The translations under genes were made by a program, and so were the position numbers. Below the pieces are notes generated by a model. The model had not been told where the DNA came from. It saw only the letters and a list, made by a program, of their open reading frames with translations, and did no database searches. A stretch of DNA of 64,000 nt, taken from a virus. The stretch is taken from IMG/VR virus record IMGVR_UViG_3300023179_000072, positions 1 to 64,000 of that record, one strand, 5' to 3'. Of this stretch, positions 23,314 through 33,618 are shown in pieces; the first letter of the stretch is position 1, and each line of letters opens with the position of its first letter.

Positions 23314-23946
23314 ATGAGAAAATGTCTAGATTGTGAAATAGAATTAGGTCAATGTGGAAATGCTAAAAAACGATGTGATTCTTGTCAAAAAGAATATCGT
23401 AAATTATGTTGGAGAATGAGGGAGAAAGATCCAGCTAGAAAAGAACACAATAGACAACGAAATAAAAAATTTAGAGACGCTAATCCAGATAAGATTAAAG
23501 AGTATGCTAAAAAACATAATGATAATTATAGGAAGGGAATCAATAGACAAAATTATTTAGCTAAAAAAAGAGAACTGAATAAAAAATATTACCATGATAA
23601 TATCGAAACTAAATTAGCTCAGGTATTGAGAAATAAACTTTGGAAATCACTAAAAGACCAAAATACAAATAAGCAAAATTCTGCATTAGAATTGGTAGGT
23701 TGTTCTAAAGAAGAATTAATAGAACATATACAGTCACAATTCAAAAAAGGTATGACATGGGAAAACTGGTCTTTAAATGGTTGGCATATTGACCATATTC
23801 GCCCAGTATCTTCTTTTGATCTTTCCGATCCTGCTCAAGTTAAAGAGTGTTTTCATTTCTCTAATTTACAACCATTATGGGCTATAGAAAATCTGAAAAA
23901 ATCAAATTCGTGGGAGGAAGACCCGCAGGATGATATATTCTTTTGA
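23314..23946 (+). CDS. HNH homing endonuclease with N-terminal zinc finger
   Basis: CLDC..CDSC; LVGCS..GMTWEN..WHIDHIRP..CFHFSNLQPLW..NLKK; AAGGAG RBS. Confidence 0.88.
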   Translation: MRKCLDCEIELGQCGNAKKRCDSCQKEYRKLCWRMREKDPARKEHNRQRNKKFRDANPDKIKEYAKKHNDNYRKGINRQNYLAKKRELNKKYYHDNIETKLAQVLRNKLWKSLKDQNTNKQNSALELVGCSKEELIEHIQSQFKKGMTWENWSLNGWHIDHIRPVSSFDLSDPAQVKECFHFSNLQPLWAIENLKKSNSWEEDPQDDIFF

Positions 23947-25155
23947 TTTGTTGCCCATTCATGCCCTATTTACCATAATTAAAGAATTGATTGTGTTGAA
24001 TAGACGGTTGTATTTGCCTTAAACGGTTAAGAATAATGGTCAAATTTTTAGCTTCTGGAACTATTTTTTCATGCAAAGTATCTCCAATAATCCTTTTGAT
24101 CAGAGCAATTTCTTTATCTGTCAACAATACATTTTTATACATTTTTCCCTCAAATACTAACTTATTCTTCCCTTATACCTCACTATACCACACACCATAC
24201 CATTTGTCAACACAAGCCTTATATCGACAGTTTGATAAAATACTCTTTAAACTATTTTCCAACAGCCCCCTCGTACCACGGCATAGCATAATAAGTGAAA
24301 TATAATCAAATTAAGGCTAAAATATAAGCTATTAGCTCAAAAAACCCTTATTTGTCGGATGTATATGATTTGGAAGAGGAAAAAGAAGGGGTATTTTTAA
24401 GGGGAGATAATGATTTTAATAGATAAAAATGCACAGAAATCATAGAAACCAGAGTCAAAACAGCAATAAATACTAGATTCTGGATAAAAGGAATGTAAAA
24501 TTCGTTAATTTTTGATTTTTTCATTTTTGATCTCTAATTGATAGTGCTAAAGATTTTATGATATGATGCAGATAGGAATCTTATGGACTATTAAATTTGA
24601 CCAGTATCCCATATAGTATGTATAGTAGTAGTAGTAATAATAAGGATAGTAATATTATGTTTTGGTTATATATCATAACAATGATTATTTCTTGGGAAAA
24701 ATTTTATCTATAAAATATGTTATTAAGTCTATGACTATAACCACCATTACAATACATAATACAATACTTATAACAATATCAGTATTATTAATAGTATATA
24801 TAAGCTCGCTGACTATTTCCATAAATTCGAACTGGATATATTAGGTATGACAGATCGGTTCTTTCATTAGTAGTATAACTGAGCCAGACTATGATTTCAA
24901 GAGACTATATTTTTATGTTCTAATTTAGGAATAAGACTACTAGTATCATCATAAGGTTTTTTAATATCAATAACTATAATATGATCAGTCAAATCAATAT
25001 TATTATTATCTTTCCTATAATTTGTAATAGCCTCATGAAATTTTTTACAAATATAATTACAGTCCATTGTGGGTTGTAACTTGATACTGGTGATCATAAT
25101 ACTTTGTTACTGACTGTTACCATAAAAGCCGAACAGGATATATTAGGTAGAACAA

Positions 25156-25228
25156 AGCAAGAGATGGGAATCGAACCCACGACATTTTGATTGGAAATCA
25201 AATACTCTACCAACTGAGTTACTCTTGC
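25156..25228 (-). tRNA. trnG: tRNA-Gly (TCC)
   Basis: Cloverleaf; TTTGA-TTTCCAA-TCAAA; GGTTCGATTCC; CCA not encoded. Confidence 0.92.
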
Positions 25229-25309
25229 TTAATTATTATTTTAGATTTGTGCTATTTAATAGTAATCCTAATATAAAAATGAGTAATACAATAATAATTA
25301 TATTTATAA

Positions 25310-25651
25310 TCAGCGCCAACTCCTTACTCTGTACCATTTACCATTACGACCTTGAGCAGCAGCATCTCCTGTTAAAACCATATTAGTTCGGGGAACACAA
25401 GTGTTACAATATCTACTGGACCCATAACCTATTCCTTCAAAATTTCCTATGGTTCCCCATACATGAGATGTTATGTTATTTGATGCCATATAATTTGCTT
25501 CTGCCTGACAACGATCTTGATCACTATTAGTTATAGTACTAGCATAACTTTCTACCCTTAAATTTTGCTGACTACTATAGTTAGGCTTGGATGCTTCAGC
25601 ATTTAATGTTCTAACAAAAATTAAACATAAAACTAGCATAAGGTTTTTCAT
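25310..25651 (-). CDS. Secreted Cys-containing protein (small CAP-like)
   Basis: Signal peptide; FEGIGYG..C..C.P..GDA..G..G-WYRVRSW. Confidence 0.7.
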   Translation of the reverse strand: MKNLMLVLCLIFVRTLNAEASKPNYSSQQNLRVESYASTITNSDQDRCQAEANYMASNNITSHVWGTIGNFEGIGYGSSRYCNTCVPRTNMVLTGDAAAQGRNGKWYRVRSWR

Positions 25652-25683
25652 AATGTCCTCCTTGAATTATTATTGTTATTAAG

Positions 25684-25707
25684 AAAAAACCCCCGAAGAC
25701 TCGGGGG
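25684..25707 (-). terminator. Intrinsic terminator
   Basis: CCCCCGAG-TC-TTCGGGGG hairpin followed by TTTTTT. Confidence 0.75.
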
Positions 25708-25730
25708 AATTTTCCTAAATAAAACTAATT

Positions 25731-25946
25731 TCATCGCACAATATTACGAACTCTGGATACTGTTTTCCTACCAACATTACGAGTAGCCTCAACAGTGCGA
25801 CGAGTTACTGTAACAGGAACACTAACTACTTCTTGTGTAACATTAACAACTCTGCTACGAAGAGTACAAGAATTTGAGGCACATTCTCCTGCTACAACAA
25901 ATGAGCCCGAAAGAATAAAACATACTGCCATTACAAATTTAATCAT
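25731..25946 (-). CDS. Small secreted protein
   Basis: Signal peptide, CxxxxC, Val/Arg-rich tail. Confidence 0.65.
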   Translation of the reverse strand: MIKFVMAVCFILSGSFVVAGECASNSCTLRSRVVNVTQEVVSVPVTVTRRTVEATRNVGRKTVSRVRNIVR

Positions 25947-26375
25947 AATTTTCTCCTGGTAAAGTTCTGTCGCATCCATACGACCGTTTTCTATATAGTA
26001 AAACTATCTGATGTAGTGGTCAACATTGGTCTTTTAAACACCATTTACTATGCTGACTACAACCAAAAAAACCAAATCCGCTAGATTAGCTGGGACTAAC
26101 CTAACGGACTGGTTTTATTACTGATACTATATTGAGTTTAAACTACAAAAAATTCAGTATCAGGTTTTTCTGATGTGGTTATTTTTGATCGTCGTGATAG
26201 TTTTGTAATTCTGCCACGATTATCATTATGACAAGCTTCTAAAAAGCATTTGCCCTCATGATTATCTTGATAACCTTTGAATTTCCATTCATAACTTTTT
26301 ATGATATCTTCTGGTAATGTAGAGTTATCATAAATTTCTCCTTCAACATCAAAATAGACTATTCTACGAAATGTT

Positions 26376-26630
26376 CTAGGCATGATGCTGATACTCCTTG
26401 GTTAAAGTTGCTGGTTTATCAAAGTCTTCCCAGTTATCAACTAAAATATCAGGAGCCTCTTTTCTTATTTCTGATTCTAAAGCATAATTAGATTCTTTGT
26501 CTTTTTCTTTACTAAGATAATCTCGTAGTCTATCCTTTATTTGCATAAAGTCTAATTCACCCAAGATTTGATCTATATACTTTCTTTGAATTTCTTGACG
26601 ATTAATCTGATTAATAACTTTAGTTTTCAT
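26376..26630 (-). CDS. Hypothetical protein (paralog of 28600..28794)
   Basis: IN-xNR-E...Y...IL..LD..LE-EI...P-IL. Confidence 0.7.
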   Translation of the reverse strand: MKTKVINQINRQEIQRKYIDQILGELDFMQIKDRLRDYLSKEKDKESNYALESEIRKEAPDILVDNWEDFDKPATLTKEYQHHA

Positions 26631-26848
26631 AAATCACCTCATAGAAAAAGTTAAAATACCATTTCTATGACTCCAACTATTCCCCTAGTAACTAAGGTAA
26701 TATTTGGCACCGTAGTACTTTTGATTTTACCAAAAATGAGTTATGAGTCAATTTGATATCTTATATCTTTTTTTATTAGGACCAAGCTATTTGGCTGACT
26801 ATAACCAACAAAGCCAAATCTGAAAGATTAGCAGAGACAGTTGTGCTA

Positions 26849-27145
26849 TTACTTAGTAGTATACTGATATTTATGTTTAAAAAATAACAAACAAAATAGT
26901 AATAGATTTAGTAATATAAAATATGAACTTGGTTCGGGAACACTATGAGAATGATAGTTGTGTATAGTATCAGAATCATGTGTTTTTGATTCTAGTAAAA
27001 AAAGATTATAAGAATCATCTTGTTCTTGTTCTTCAAGCAATTTAAAATTTTGGATATTTTTTATAAAGTCAGATTTATCAATATCTAATATTGAAAAATT
27101 ATATGAGTATGATGTTAAGAAATCACTAGATAGAGTTTTTTCCAT
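26849..27145 (-). CDS. PEP-CTERM sorting-domain protein (possibly truncated)
   Basis: VPEPSS, hydrophobic helix and basic tail at the C-terminus. Confidence 0.65.
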   Translation of the reverse strand: MEKTLSSDFLTSYSYNFSILDIDKSDFIKNIQNFKLLEEQEQDDSYNLFLLESKTHDSDTIHNYHSHSVPEPSSYFILLNLLLFCLLFFKHKYQYTTK

Positions 27146-27681
27146 AGTTTATAATGTCTTTATTTGGGAAGTTTTTTGTTATATTTTTGATTATGGTTTA
27201 TGTGAGTCTGTCCCGCGACCCACTCCACTATCATACACCAGATGGCAATCAAAAATGATATGGGACATTTTATTAAAGGCTGTGTGTGGTTGGTCTATGT
27301 TTTTAAATGGCCATATCCTAGCTCTTCATAAATTTAAGTTGTACTCATAAAAAAATTTTTACTTGACAGAAATCAGAGAAAAAGTTACATATTATGCAGG
27401 TGGTAAGGTTAAATATTAAAAGGTCTATAACACAATAGATACTAGTGAATAATAAATCTAAGTAAAGTTACTATTAGCAACACCCCTGCATTCTTTCAGT
27501 CCACTAGCAACTCCAATAACCATAGCCAAACAAAAAATATAACACATTGGCAAAATATCCTTTTACTAGAGTTTTGGTTGACAAGCACAGTTTTTGAGGT
27601 ATGATGAGAAAGGGTTCCTTCCCTCCTGCTACCCATTGTAACACACGGAGCTATTGGCACAATGCGTTGAGAATGAAAGAT

Positions 27682-28074
27682 TTACATCATAACTTCAAGA
27701 TCACGCAAGGTTTGAATGGTGGTCCACAGCCCAGGAACTATTTCTAAACAGGATATTTCTTTTATGCTGGCCCAGATATAACCAGAATGTTCCCAGTTTA
27801 ATTTTACACTATACTCTTTGGTACTAGTAGCATAAAATACTATTTTACTATATTTAGGATAATTAATAGTAACAGACTTTAGTTCTGAATGTGATAAAAC
27901 TATTCCTGTTTCCTCACTTAACTCTCTTACTGCACAATCTAATAGAGTTTCATTATGTTCTAATTTTCCACCAGGCAAACAATACTTATCAGGATTCCAA
28001 GGTGCTGTTGATCCTCTTTTTAGCAACAGAACCTTGTTTTTATGTACCAATGCTACTGTGGAGCTTTTTTGCAT
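27682..28074 (-). CDS. NUDIX hydrolase
   Basis: PGGKLEHNETLLDCAVRELSEETGI Nudix box. Confidence 0.92.
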   Translation of the reverse strand: MQKSSTVALVHKNKVLLLKRGSTAPWNPDKYCLPGGKLEHNETLLDCAVRELSEETGIVLSHSELKSVTINYPKYSKIVFYATSTKEYSVKLNWEHSGYIWASIKEISCLEIVPGLWTTIQTLRDLEVMM

Positions 28075-28599
28075 TTAATTTGATGATGGTTTGATTGTTA
28101 TATTAGGTGGCAAAGAATTATCATAATCAGCAACTAAATTATTACTTATATCTTCATTAACCAAAGTTAAAATTTCATTAACATAATCTAGCTCAAAAGT
28201 TTTGTAAAATTTATCTTGAACATAAACATCATATTTTCTCATAATTTAATACTTCCTGGTTTCCATAACATGCCTATAAAAAATCCAAGAATAAAATTTA
28301 AAAGTCCTACTATAACTATATTTTCATAAAAAGTTCTTATAGATAAATATCCATAGTAAGGATCTAGTGCCATATATTTTGAGTATGAACTATTTGTTAG
28401 AATTTCTAATTCTGTGCTCATCATAGAGACCGCGATCCATGCGAATAAACATCCGCAAAAAATAGACCGAATTAATCTCCATAAATTTTTCATACAGAGT
28501 CCAACTAGTTAAATAACTTATTATACACCCATTAATCACCACTCTCCATATAAATAATAAGAGTAACAAGAAATATAGCAAATAGATACATTGTAAATA

Positions 28600-28794
28600 T
28601 CATGATTGTTCCAAAATATATGGATAAAATTCATTTATTTCATTTTCCAAAACCTCATTAGTCAACAAATCTTTTTCACTCATCAAATGTTCATAAGCAA
28701 AAGTATACAAAGTATCAGAGTCCATACCGTCTAATATGGCACCCACATATTGCTCTGTTAACTCGTCACGATTAAAATCATTAATTTTGATCAT
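28600..28794 (-). CDS. Hypothetical protein (paralog of 26376..26630)
   Basis: By-eye alignment. Confidence 0.7.
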   Translation of the reverse strand: MIKINDFNRDELTEQYVGAILDGMDSDTLYTFAYEHLMSEKDLLTNEVLENEINEFYPYILEQS

Positions 28795-29806
28795 ATTTTT
28801 TTCTAATTGGTACTATTTATGTGAAAACCGGCCAAATCCCTATTAACATTCTTACAACACTCTTTTAATTTTTCAGGATTAATAATATCCCCTAAATGTA
28901 AAAGTGCTTCATATGTTTTATCATCAATAGTATCATACTTCAAAGCATCATGAAACAAATAGAAATATCTGGTTTCTATCTCTTTTAAAAGAGTATTAAC
29001 TTGTTTATTAAGATATACTATACTATTTAAATCGCCCACCATACTAATTAACCCTCTCTTTATACTTATACTTGAATATTTTCTTTAGAACTTTTTATAC
29101 TATCAATTTCCCAACTTTCCATATAAATAGTATTCTCATCAGGATACTGGATCATTAATTCGGTCAGTTTTATATAGCGTCCATTTTAGATTTACAATTT
29201 CTCATAACAATATTTACATTAACATAATAATAAGTTTTATCAGTTTCTTCCTGCATAATCAATGGACTCCCATTTGTTGCTGACTATCACCACGACCGCC
29301 AAATCCGAAGGATAAGGTGCGACAGTAAAGGGTTCCAATATAAGCCAGACTACTAACAATAGTCTTATAAAGTTGGTGTTCATAATACTGAGATTTTGTC
29401 TCAAATATTTTCTACCACTTTTACTATCACTATCCCACACACCAGTATACCATACTTTGCTACTGGTGGCAAGTCTTTTAGTTTCAAGGGTTTATGTTGA
29501 ATCATCTCTTTTACTATTTGATCATATTCTGGCTGACTATCGGCATGTGGGGCAAACCGGCTAGATAAGGTGGTACAGTTTAGGTATTCTCTTTTTTTAC
29601 AAAACCTATTATAATTTTTATCTAAACCCTTTATTTCCATATACTTACAACCCCACCCCCCTATCCATTATATCGGCAGTCTGGCCTTTGTAAATTAGAA
29701 AACTTTCGTAACCCCTTATGGATATTAAACTTACGACAAATTTTACGGGCCCCGGTCGTCACAAGTCCTTTGCTAGCAAGCACTTACGCACTTACCCACA
29801 ATCTAC

Positions 29807-29850
29807 AAAAAAAAGGAAGCCGCCCCCCATTTCTGAGGGACGGCCTCCCC
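29807..29850 (-). terminator. Intrinsic terminator after the DUF932 gene
   Basis: GGGGAGGCCGTCCC..GGGGCGGCTTCC followed by T8. Confidence 0.85.
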
Positions 29851-29877
29851 GAGCCACGCACCACGAAAGGAGAGCGA

Positions 29878-30825
29878 TTAGATAGCGCTCGCAAACTCGA
29901 CGGCTGTATTTAGAGCCTTGAGATTGTCCACGCCATTCTGGCCGAACCAGAGAGAGTCGAGGCGGTTGCTTACCGTGCGACCCTTAGTGTAGTTCAGGTA
30001 TTCGTTGAAACCGTTGTATGCAGCCCACCACGTTCCGCGAACCCCAACCGCACTCTGCTTCGGTCCTTCGACGAGCGTAAGAATCTCGTCCATGATGTTG
30101 CGAGTACGAGTTTTGATATCCTCGTCCGGGGTCTTATCAATCCCGAGCAGCACCTTGACGTACTTACGAACGTCGTTTTGGTTGAAGTCTTTCGACGCGA
30201 GGAACCGATACTGTTCCGCAGTCGCCTCAAACTGTGCATTGATATTGTCCATGATATCTCGCACATTTTCCAAATTCGTCTTGCTGGAACGGGTATGACG
30301 AATCCTAATAAGTGAACTCTCTTTGCTGCTATGAGCAGCGGCGAGGGTGTTCACACACACAACCCGAATCGGCGTATAGCCGACGCGAATCGACGTTGTG
30401 CCGTCGTGACTGTTAGATAGCAGGATGAACTTGCTCACCTCGTCACCCTTGACAATCTCGCAATTGTCGCGGTTGAGTTGAGCCAGTACCCAAACCTTCT
30501 CGCCTTCACTGAGCGAACCGGCAGTGTGCAGTTGGCACTCGCCAGCATCGAGGAACGGCTGGAACCAGTCGAACGCATCCTGATTTTGCAGGGGCGTATA
30601 ACGGGGGCCAACCACTCCCAGAACACGGTTGTCGGTCTTGCGGAAAGTCGCCTTGGCATTGACCTCCGTACCTTCAGCCGTAAAGAGCGGCTTGGTTCCG
30701 ACCTCCCAATCCAGACCAGCAGCGGTAATCGCCTCGCTGATCGACGGATTCTCATCCAATTGCGTACCCTCACCGTGCCAAGGGGTGGCACCGACGAACA
30801 TCATCTTTTCAACCATAGCGGGCAT
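29878..30825 (-). CDS. DUF932-family phage/plasmid protein (TIGR03299-like)
   Basis: PWHG-G, AGLDW-V, LGVVG-RY-PLQN, TAGSL-xG, NSHDG, TPIRVVC-NTL, HT; AAGGAG RBS; GC-rich. Confidence 0.92.
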   Translation of the reverse strand: MPAMVEKMMFVGATPWHGEGTQLDENPSISEAITAAGLDWEVGTKPLFTAEGTEVNAKATFRKTDNRVLGVVGPRYTPLQNQDAFDWFQPFLDAGECQLHTAGSLSEGEKVWVLAQLNRDNCEIVKGDEVSKFILLSNSHDGTTSIRVGYTPIRVVCVNTLAAAHSSKESSLIRIRHTRSSKTNLENVRDIMDNINAQFEATAEQYRFLASKDFNQNDVRKYVKVLLGIDKTPDEDIKTRTRNIMDEILTLVEGPKQSAVGVRGTWWAAYNGFNEYLNYTKGRTVSNRLDSLWFGQNGVDNLKALNTAVEFASAI

Positions 30826-30870
30826 AACTAACTCCTTCGTGTCTAAGAACTTTTGCTTTGATAGTCTAAG

Positions 30871-30896
30871 TATACTACTATTATCGGCTCTGTCAA
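30871..30896 (-). promoter_or_regulatory. Representative sigma70-type early promoter (TTGACA..CCGATAATA..TATACT)
   Basis: The same TTGACA-N-CGATAA-N-TAnAAT pattern recurs left of most 76-bp elements and at ~6750, 13450, 15860, 18830, 23300. Confidence 0.8.
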
Positions 30897-30987
30897 GGGG
30901 CAAACTTGCGAAAAAATTTCGTGACGCAAGTCGTTGGTATACAAGCACTTACGTCGGGCGGGGCCGCCCCGGTTTGCTCTAAGTCTT

Positions 30988-31485
30988 TTATGGTGAAGGA
31001 TTTAGGAGAGGCATACCATATTTCTTTTCAAAAAGTTTTGATGTTTCTGAGGTATACGCACACTCTTCTGGAATATAACAATACAATCCAACACATCTGG
31101 CCTTCGGATTATCCTCATGAATTGCTTGCTTAATCCATTTAAGAGTATCGCCAGAACAAATTAGATCATCCACTACAATATAACGAAAAGGAGAAACTCC
31201 CTCGATATGGAAATTACTATATCTTTTTTCATCAGGCTTACGAACAATCACAATGTTCTTATTCAGAATTTCACAAACTTGAGGGGTAACAACTAACCCG
31301 CTTACGCCACAACACGCAATACTATCAAAAGTATTAATTATCTTTCGTAGATTACATACTGCCTTAATGATTATTTTATTTCTATTCTTGTGATTTAGCA
31401 CCTGACAAGTATGAGAGGCTCCTTGGATAATTTGTCCATCTGCTGTGCGACGAACATCTTCAATACTTTGATTCATTATATTCAT
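30988..31485 (-). CDS. Phosphoribosyltransferase-fold protein
   Basis: IVVDDLICSGDT PRPP-binding motif; IVRK. Confidence 0.85.
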   Translation of the reverse strand: MNIMNQSIEDVRRTADGQIIQGASHTCQVLNHKNRNKIIIKAVCNLRKIINTFDSIACCGVSGLVVTPQVCEILNKNIVIVRKPDEKRYSNFHIEGVSPFRYIVVDDLICSGDTLKWIKQAIHEDNPKARCVGLYCYIPEECAYTSETSKLFEKKYGMPLLNPSP

Positions 31486-31581
31486 AAAAACGGATGGTAC
31501 GATTCGAACGTACTATAAGATAAGAAATAAAGAGAGATAATACTTGTCCCACCAAGTCGCATCCGTTAGAGAGAAGATCAA

Positions 31582-31779
31582 TTACTCATCATCTATTTCA
31601 TTAGTTAGATTATGATAGTAATTATCCCAGTTGGTGTTTTCAGAATCCTCATAATCTTCGCTATCTTCTTCATCCATCCATGGCTCATCGTTATTACTAT
31701 CATGATAGTAATTTTCGTCAATATAATCGGATTCTGCGACTAACTTGTGATAATCATATTCATATTCATTCAGATTCAT
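31582..31779 (-). CDS. Very acidic small protein
   Basis: D/E/N/Y-rich, 65 aa. Confidence 0.65.
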   Translation of the reverse strand: MNLNEYEYDYHKLVAESDYIDENYYHDSNNDEPWMDEEDSEDYEDSENTNWDNYYHNLTNEIDDE

Positions 31780-31828
31780 TTCTTCTCTCCTTAGACCGAT
31801 TATACACCAACTTTGCTAACTTGTCAAG

Positions 31829-31901
31829 TGGACCCTCTGGGGCTCGAACCCAGAACCAACGGATTAAAAGTCCGCTGCGCTGCCAATTGCGCCAAAGGTC
31901 C
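31829..31901 (-). tRNA. trnK: tRNA-Lys (TTT)
   Basis: GCGGA-CTTTTAA-TCCGT; GGTTCGAGCCC. Confidence 0.93.
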
Positions 31902-31938
31902 GTTTAATTAGCATACCACTAAAATTTTTTTTGTCAAG

Positions 31939-32010
31939 CAGCCCTATGGAGGATCGAACTCCAATCTCCGGGATGAAAGCCCGGTATACTAGCCATTATA
32001 CGATAGGGCC
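31939..32010 (-). tRNA. trnE: tRNA-Glu (TTC)
   Basis: CCGGG-CTTTCAT-CCCGG; AGTTCGATCCT. Confidence 0.92.
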
Positions 32011-32039
32011 ACATCGCAACTCAATCGTCAGCCTCCGAA

Positions 32040-32115
32040 TAGGGCGTCAAGGAGTCGAACCTTGCTCATGAACTGCTTATAAGACAGGTGACCACTACCG
32101 GCGGTCGCACGCCCC
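32040..32115 (-). tRNA. trnI: tRNA-Ile (TAT)
   Basis: GGGGCGT/ACGCCCT acceptor; CCTGT-CTTATAA-GCAGT; GGTTCGACTCC. Confidence 0.82.
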
Positions 32116-32251
32116 ATACTTCAATCATACAATACTTATCGGCACTTGTCAACCAGATACTTGAAAAAATCCTAAGTCGTTACGAGATAAGAACTTACGT
32201 CAAATTCGGCCCGCCACATTTGCTCTAAGTCTTTTATTTCCAACAACTTAG

Positions 32252-32331
32252 TGGTTGGTTAGGGACTCGAACCCCCGAAGCCGAAGCACCTGATCTACAG
32301 TCAGGCCCATTTGCCGCTCTGGAAACTCACC
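32252..32331 (-). tRNA. trnY: tRNA-Tyr (GTA) with two acceptor-stem mismatches (possibly degenerate)
   Basis: CCTGA-CTGTAGA-TCAGG; variable arm; acceptor GGTGAGT/ACCAACC. Confidence 0.75.
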
Positions 32332-32340
32332 TATATATAA

Positions 32341-32427
32341 CAGAGGCCGAGAGAATTGAACTCTCACCGGTTTTATCCGGCCCGCTTTAGCAAAGCGGTG
32401 CAGCAAACCAATATCTGCCTGACCTCT
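32341..32427 (-). tRNA. trnS: tRNA-Ser (GCT)
   Basis: CCGCT-TTGCTAA-AGCGG; long variable arm; G73. Confidence 0.92.
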
Positions 32428-32435
32428 AAATATAA

Positions 32436-32517
32436 CTGCTCGGGCTGGACTTAAACCAGCAAGTCTTTCGACGGTTGATTAACAGTCAACTGCGTTTATC
32501 AATTTCGCCACCGAGCA
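32436..32517 (-). tRNA. trnN: tRNA-Asn (GTT) with an atypical long variable arm
   Basis: TGCTCGG/CCGAGCA, GTTGA-CTGTTAA-TCAAC, variable hairpin GTC-GAAA-GAC, T-loop TTTAAGT. Confidence 0.85.
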
Positions 32518-32522
32518 TCAAA

Positions 32523-32594
32523 TTCCGGAGTCTGGGTACGATCCAGAAATAAAAGGGCCAAAACCTTTTGTGATACCAGTTTCACCACTCCGGA
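32523..32594 (-). tRNA. trnQ: tRNA-Gln (TTG)
   Basis: AAAGG-TTTTGGC-CCTTT; T-loop ATCGTAC. Confidence 0.82.
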
Positions 32595-33116
32595 TCATCT
32601 TCTACATTCTCTGCCATTTCCTCTGTTCATGTTCTTATATGTATCTGTTAATGAGTGACAATTTGGACACAGTATCTGTAAATTATCTTCTTTATTATTT
32701 TTATAGTTACCATCCTTATGATGAATTTCTAGTGGACACTTATTCGTATTTGGATTAATTTTATTCCATCCACACTCTTCACACTTTCTACCTCGTTCTA
32801 TCAATAAAAATTTTTTGATATAGCGTCTTACTGTTCCATTATTTTCACATCCATCATCTTTTCCAAGTTTCCATAACTGTATTTTATTATTATATTGAAA
32901 TATGTTCTGGCATTTAATACTGCAATAAATTTGTCCTTGACCTTTAATTAGATTGCTACAATTTTTACAATATTTAATCTTTTTATTGCGTTTTTTAAAT
33001 AACTTGTTATTTACTTTAGCAGCACAACTACGAGAGCAATAATTTTTTGATGTTTTTTTAATCTCTGATATTTGTTTATTAAATTCTTTATTGCAGCAGT
33101 TACATTTAACTTTCAT
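32595..33116 (-). CDS. HNH endonuclease inserted in the tRNA cluster
   Basis: YCSRSC/YCSIKC repeats; CEECG..LEIHHKDGN..NN..NL..LCPNCHS. Confidence 0.9.
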   Translation of the reverse strand: MKVKCNCCNKEFNKQISEIKKTSKNYCSRSCAAKVNNKLFKKRNKKIKYCKNCSNLIKGQGQIYCSIKCQNIFQYNNKIQLWKLGKDDGCENNGTVRRYIKKFLLIERGRKCEECGWNKINPNTNKCPLEIHHKDGNYKNNKEDNLQILCPNCHSLTDTYKNMNRGNGRECRR

Positions 33117-33191
33117 TTTTTGTTTCTCCTTTTGATACGAATATATACACCAAAAGGAGAACTATTTACCGTTTTTTATTTCAATTCCCAA

Positions 33192-33264
33192 AGCCGGTAG
33201 TAGGATTTGCACCCACGACATTCAAATTACAAATTTGACACTCTGCTAACTGAGTTATACCGGC
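33192..33264 (-). tRNA. trnT: tRNA-Thr (TGT)
   Basis: TCAAA-TTTGTAA-TTTGA; T-loop TGCAAAT. Confidence 0.88.
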
Positions 33265-33267
33265 AAT

Positions 33268-33456
33268 CTACATATCATACTCTTGACGCCAAGCCTTGTC
33301 AATGTCGCGTCGTGTTCGCTGACGCTTGGGCCTGTTGTCCATAGTGGTATCCCGATGCTCCTTGTGACCCGTAGGAACTTGCCACTGTGGCCTGACCTTG
33401 AGTTTGATATGGTTGCGGCGTGGTCGCATATCGTCGTTGTTGTGGAGCGTAATCAT
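33268..33456 (-). CDS. Small basic protein (paralog of 44984..45154)
   Basis: RP-W...GH..H....DNRPKR-RTR. Confidence 0.7.
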   Translation of the reverse strand: MITLHNNDDMRPRRNHIKLKVRPQWQVPTGHKEHRDTTMDNRPKRQRTRRDIDKAWRQEYDM

Positions 33457-33618
33457 GATTTCATCTTACCTAAAAATTTTGCGTTGTCAAGTGCTTTTTT
33501 GGCGTATAATATCCCGTATACTTGTATTTTACACTATAGGGGACAGAATGTCAAGATGAAGAAATTTCAAAATGTGAATGCTTATGTAGGACGTGTCATC
33601 ATATAGACAGACATTATT

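Noticed and set aside
24300-24800. Replication origin in the AT-rich ORF-poor gap
   Set aside because: No iterons or DnaA-box cluster that I can support; AT richness alone is not evidence in this genome.
25109-25155. HDV-like (theta) or hammerhead ribozyme downstream of tRNA-Gly
   Set aside because: The position is suggestive, but I could not build P1/P2/P3 pairings, CTGACTA is not the CUGANGA core, and the other eight copies are not next to tRNAs.
29994-31133. Overlapping alternative-frame ORFs around DUF932
   Set aside because: Shadow ORFs caused by high GC; the 5' extension to 30948 runs through the promoter and repeat.
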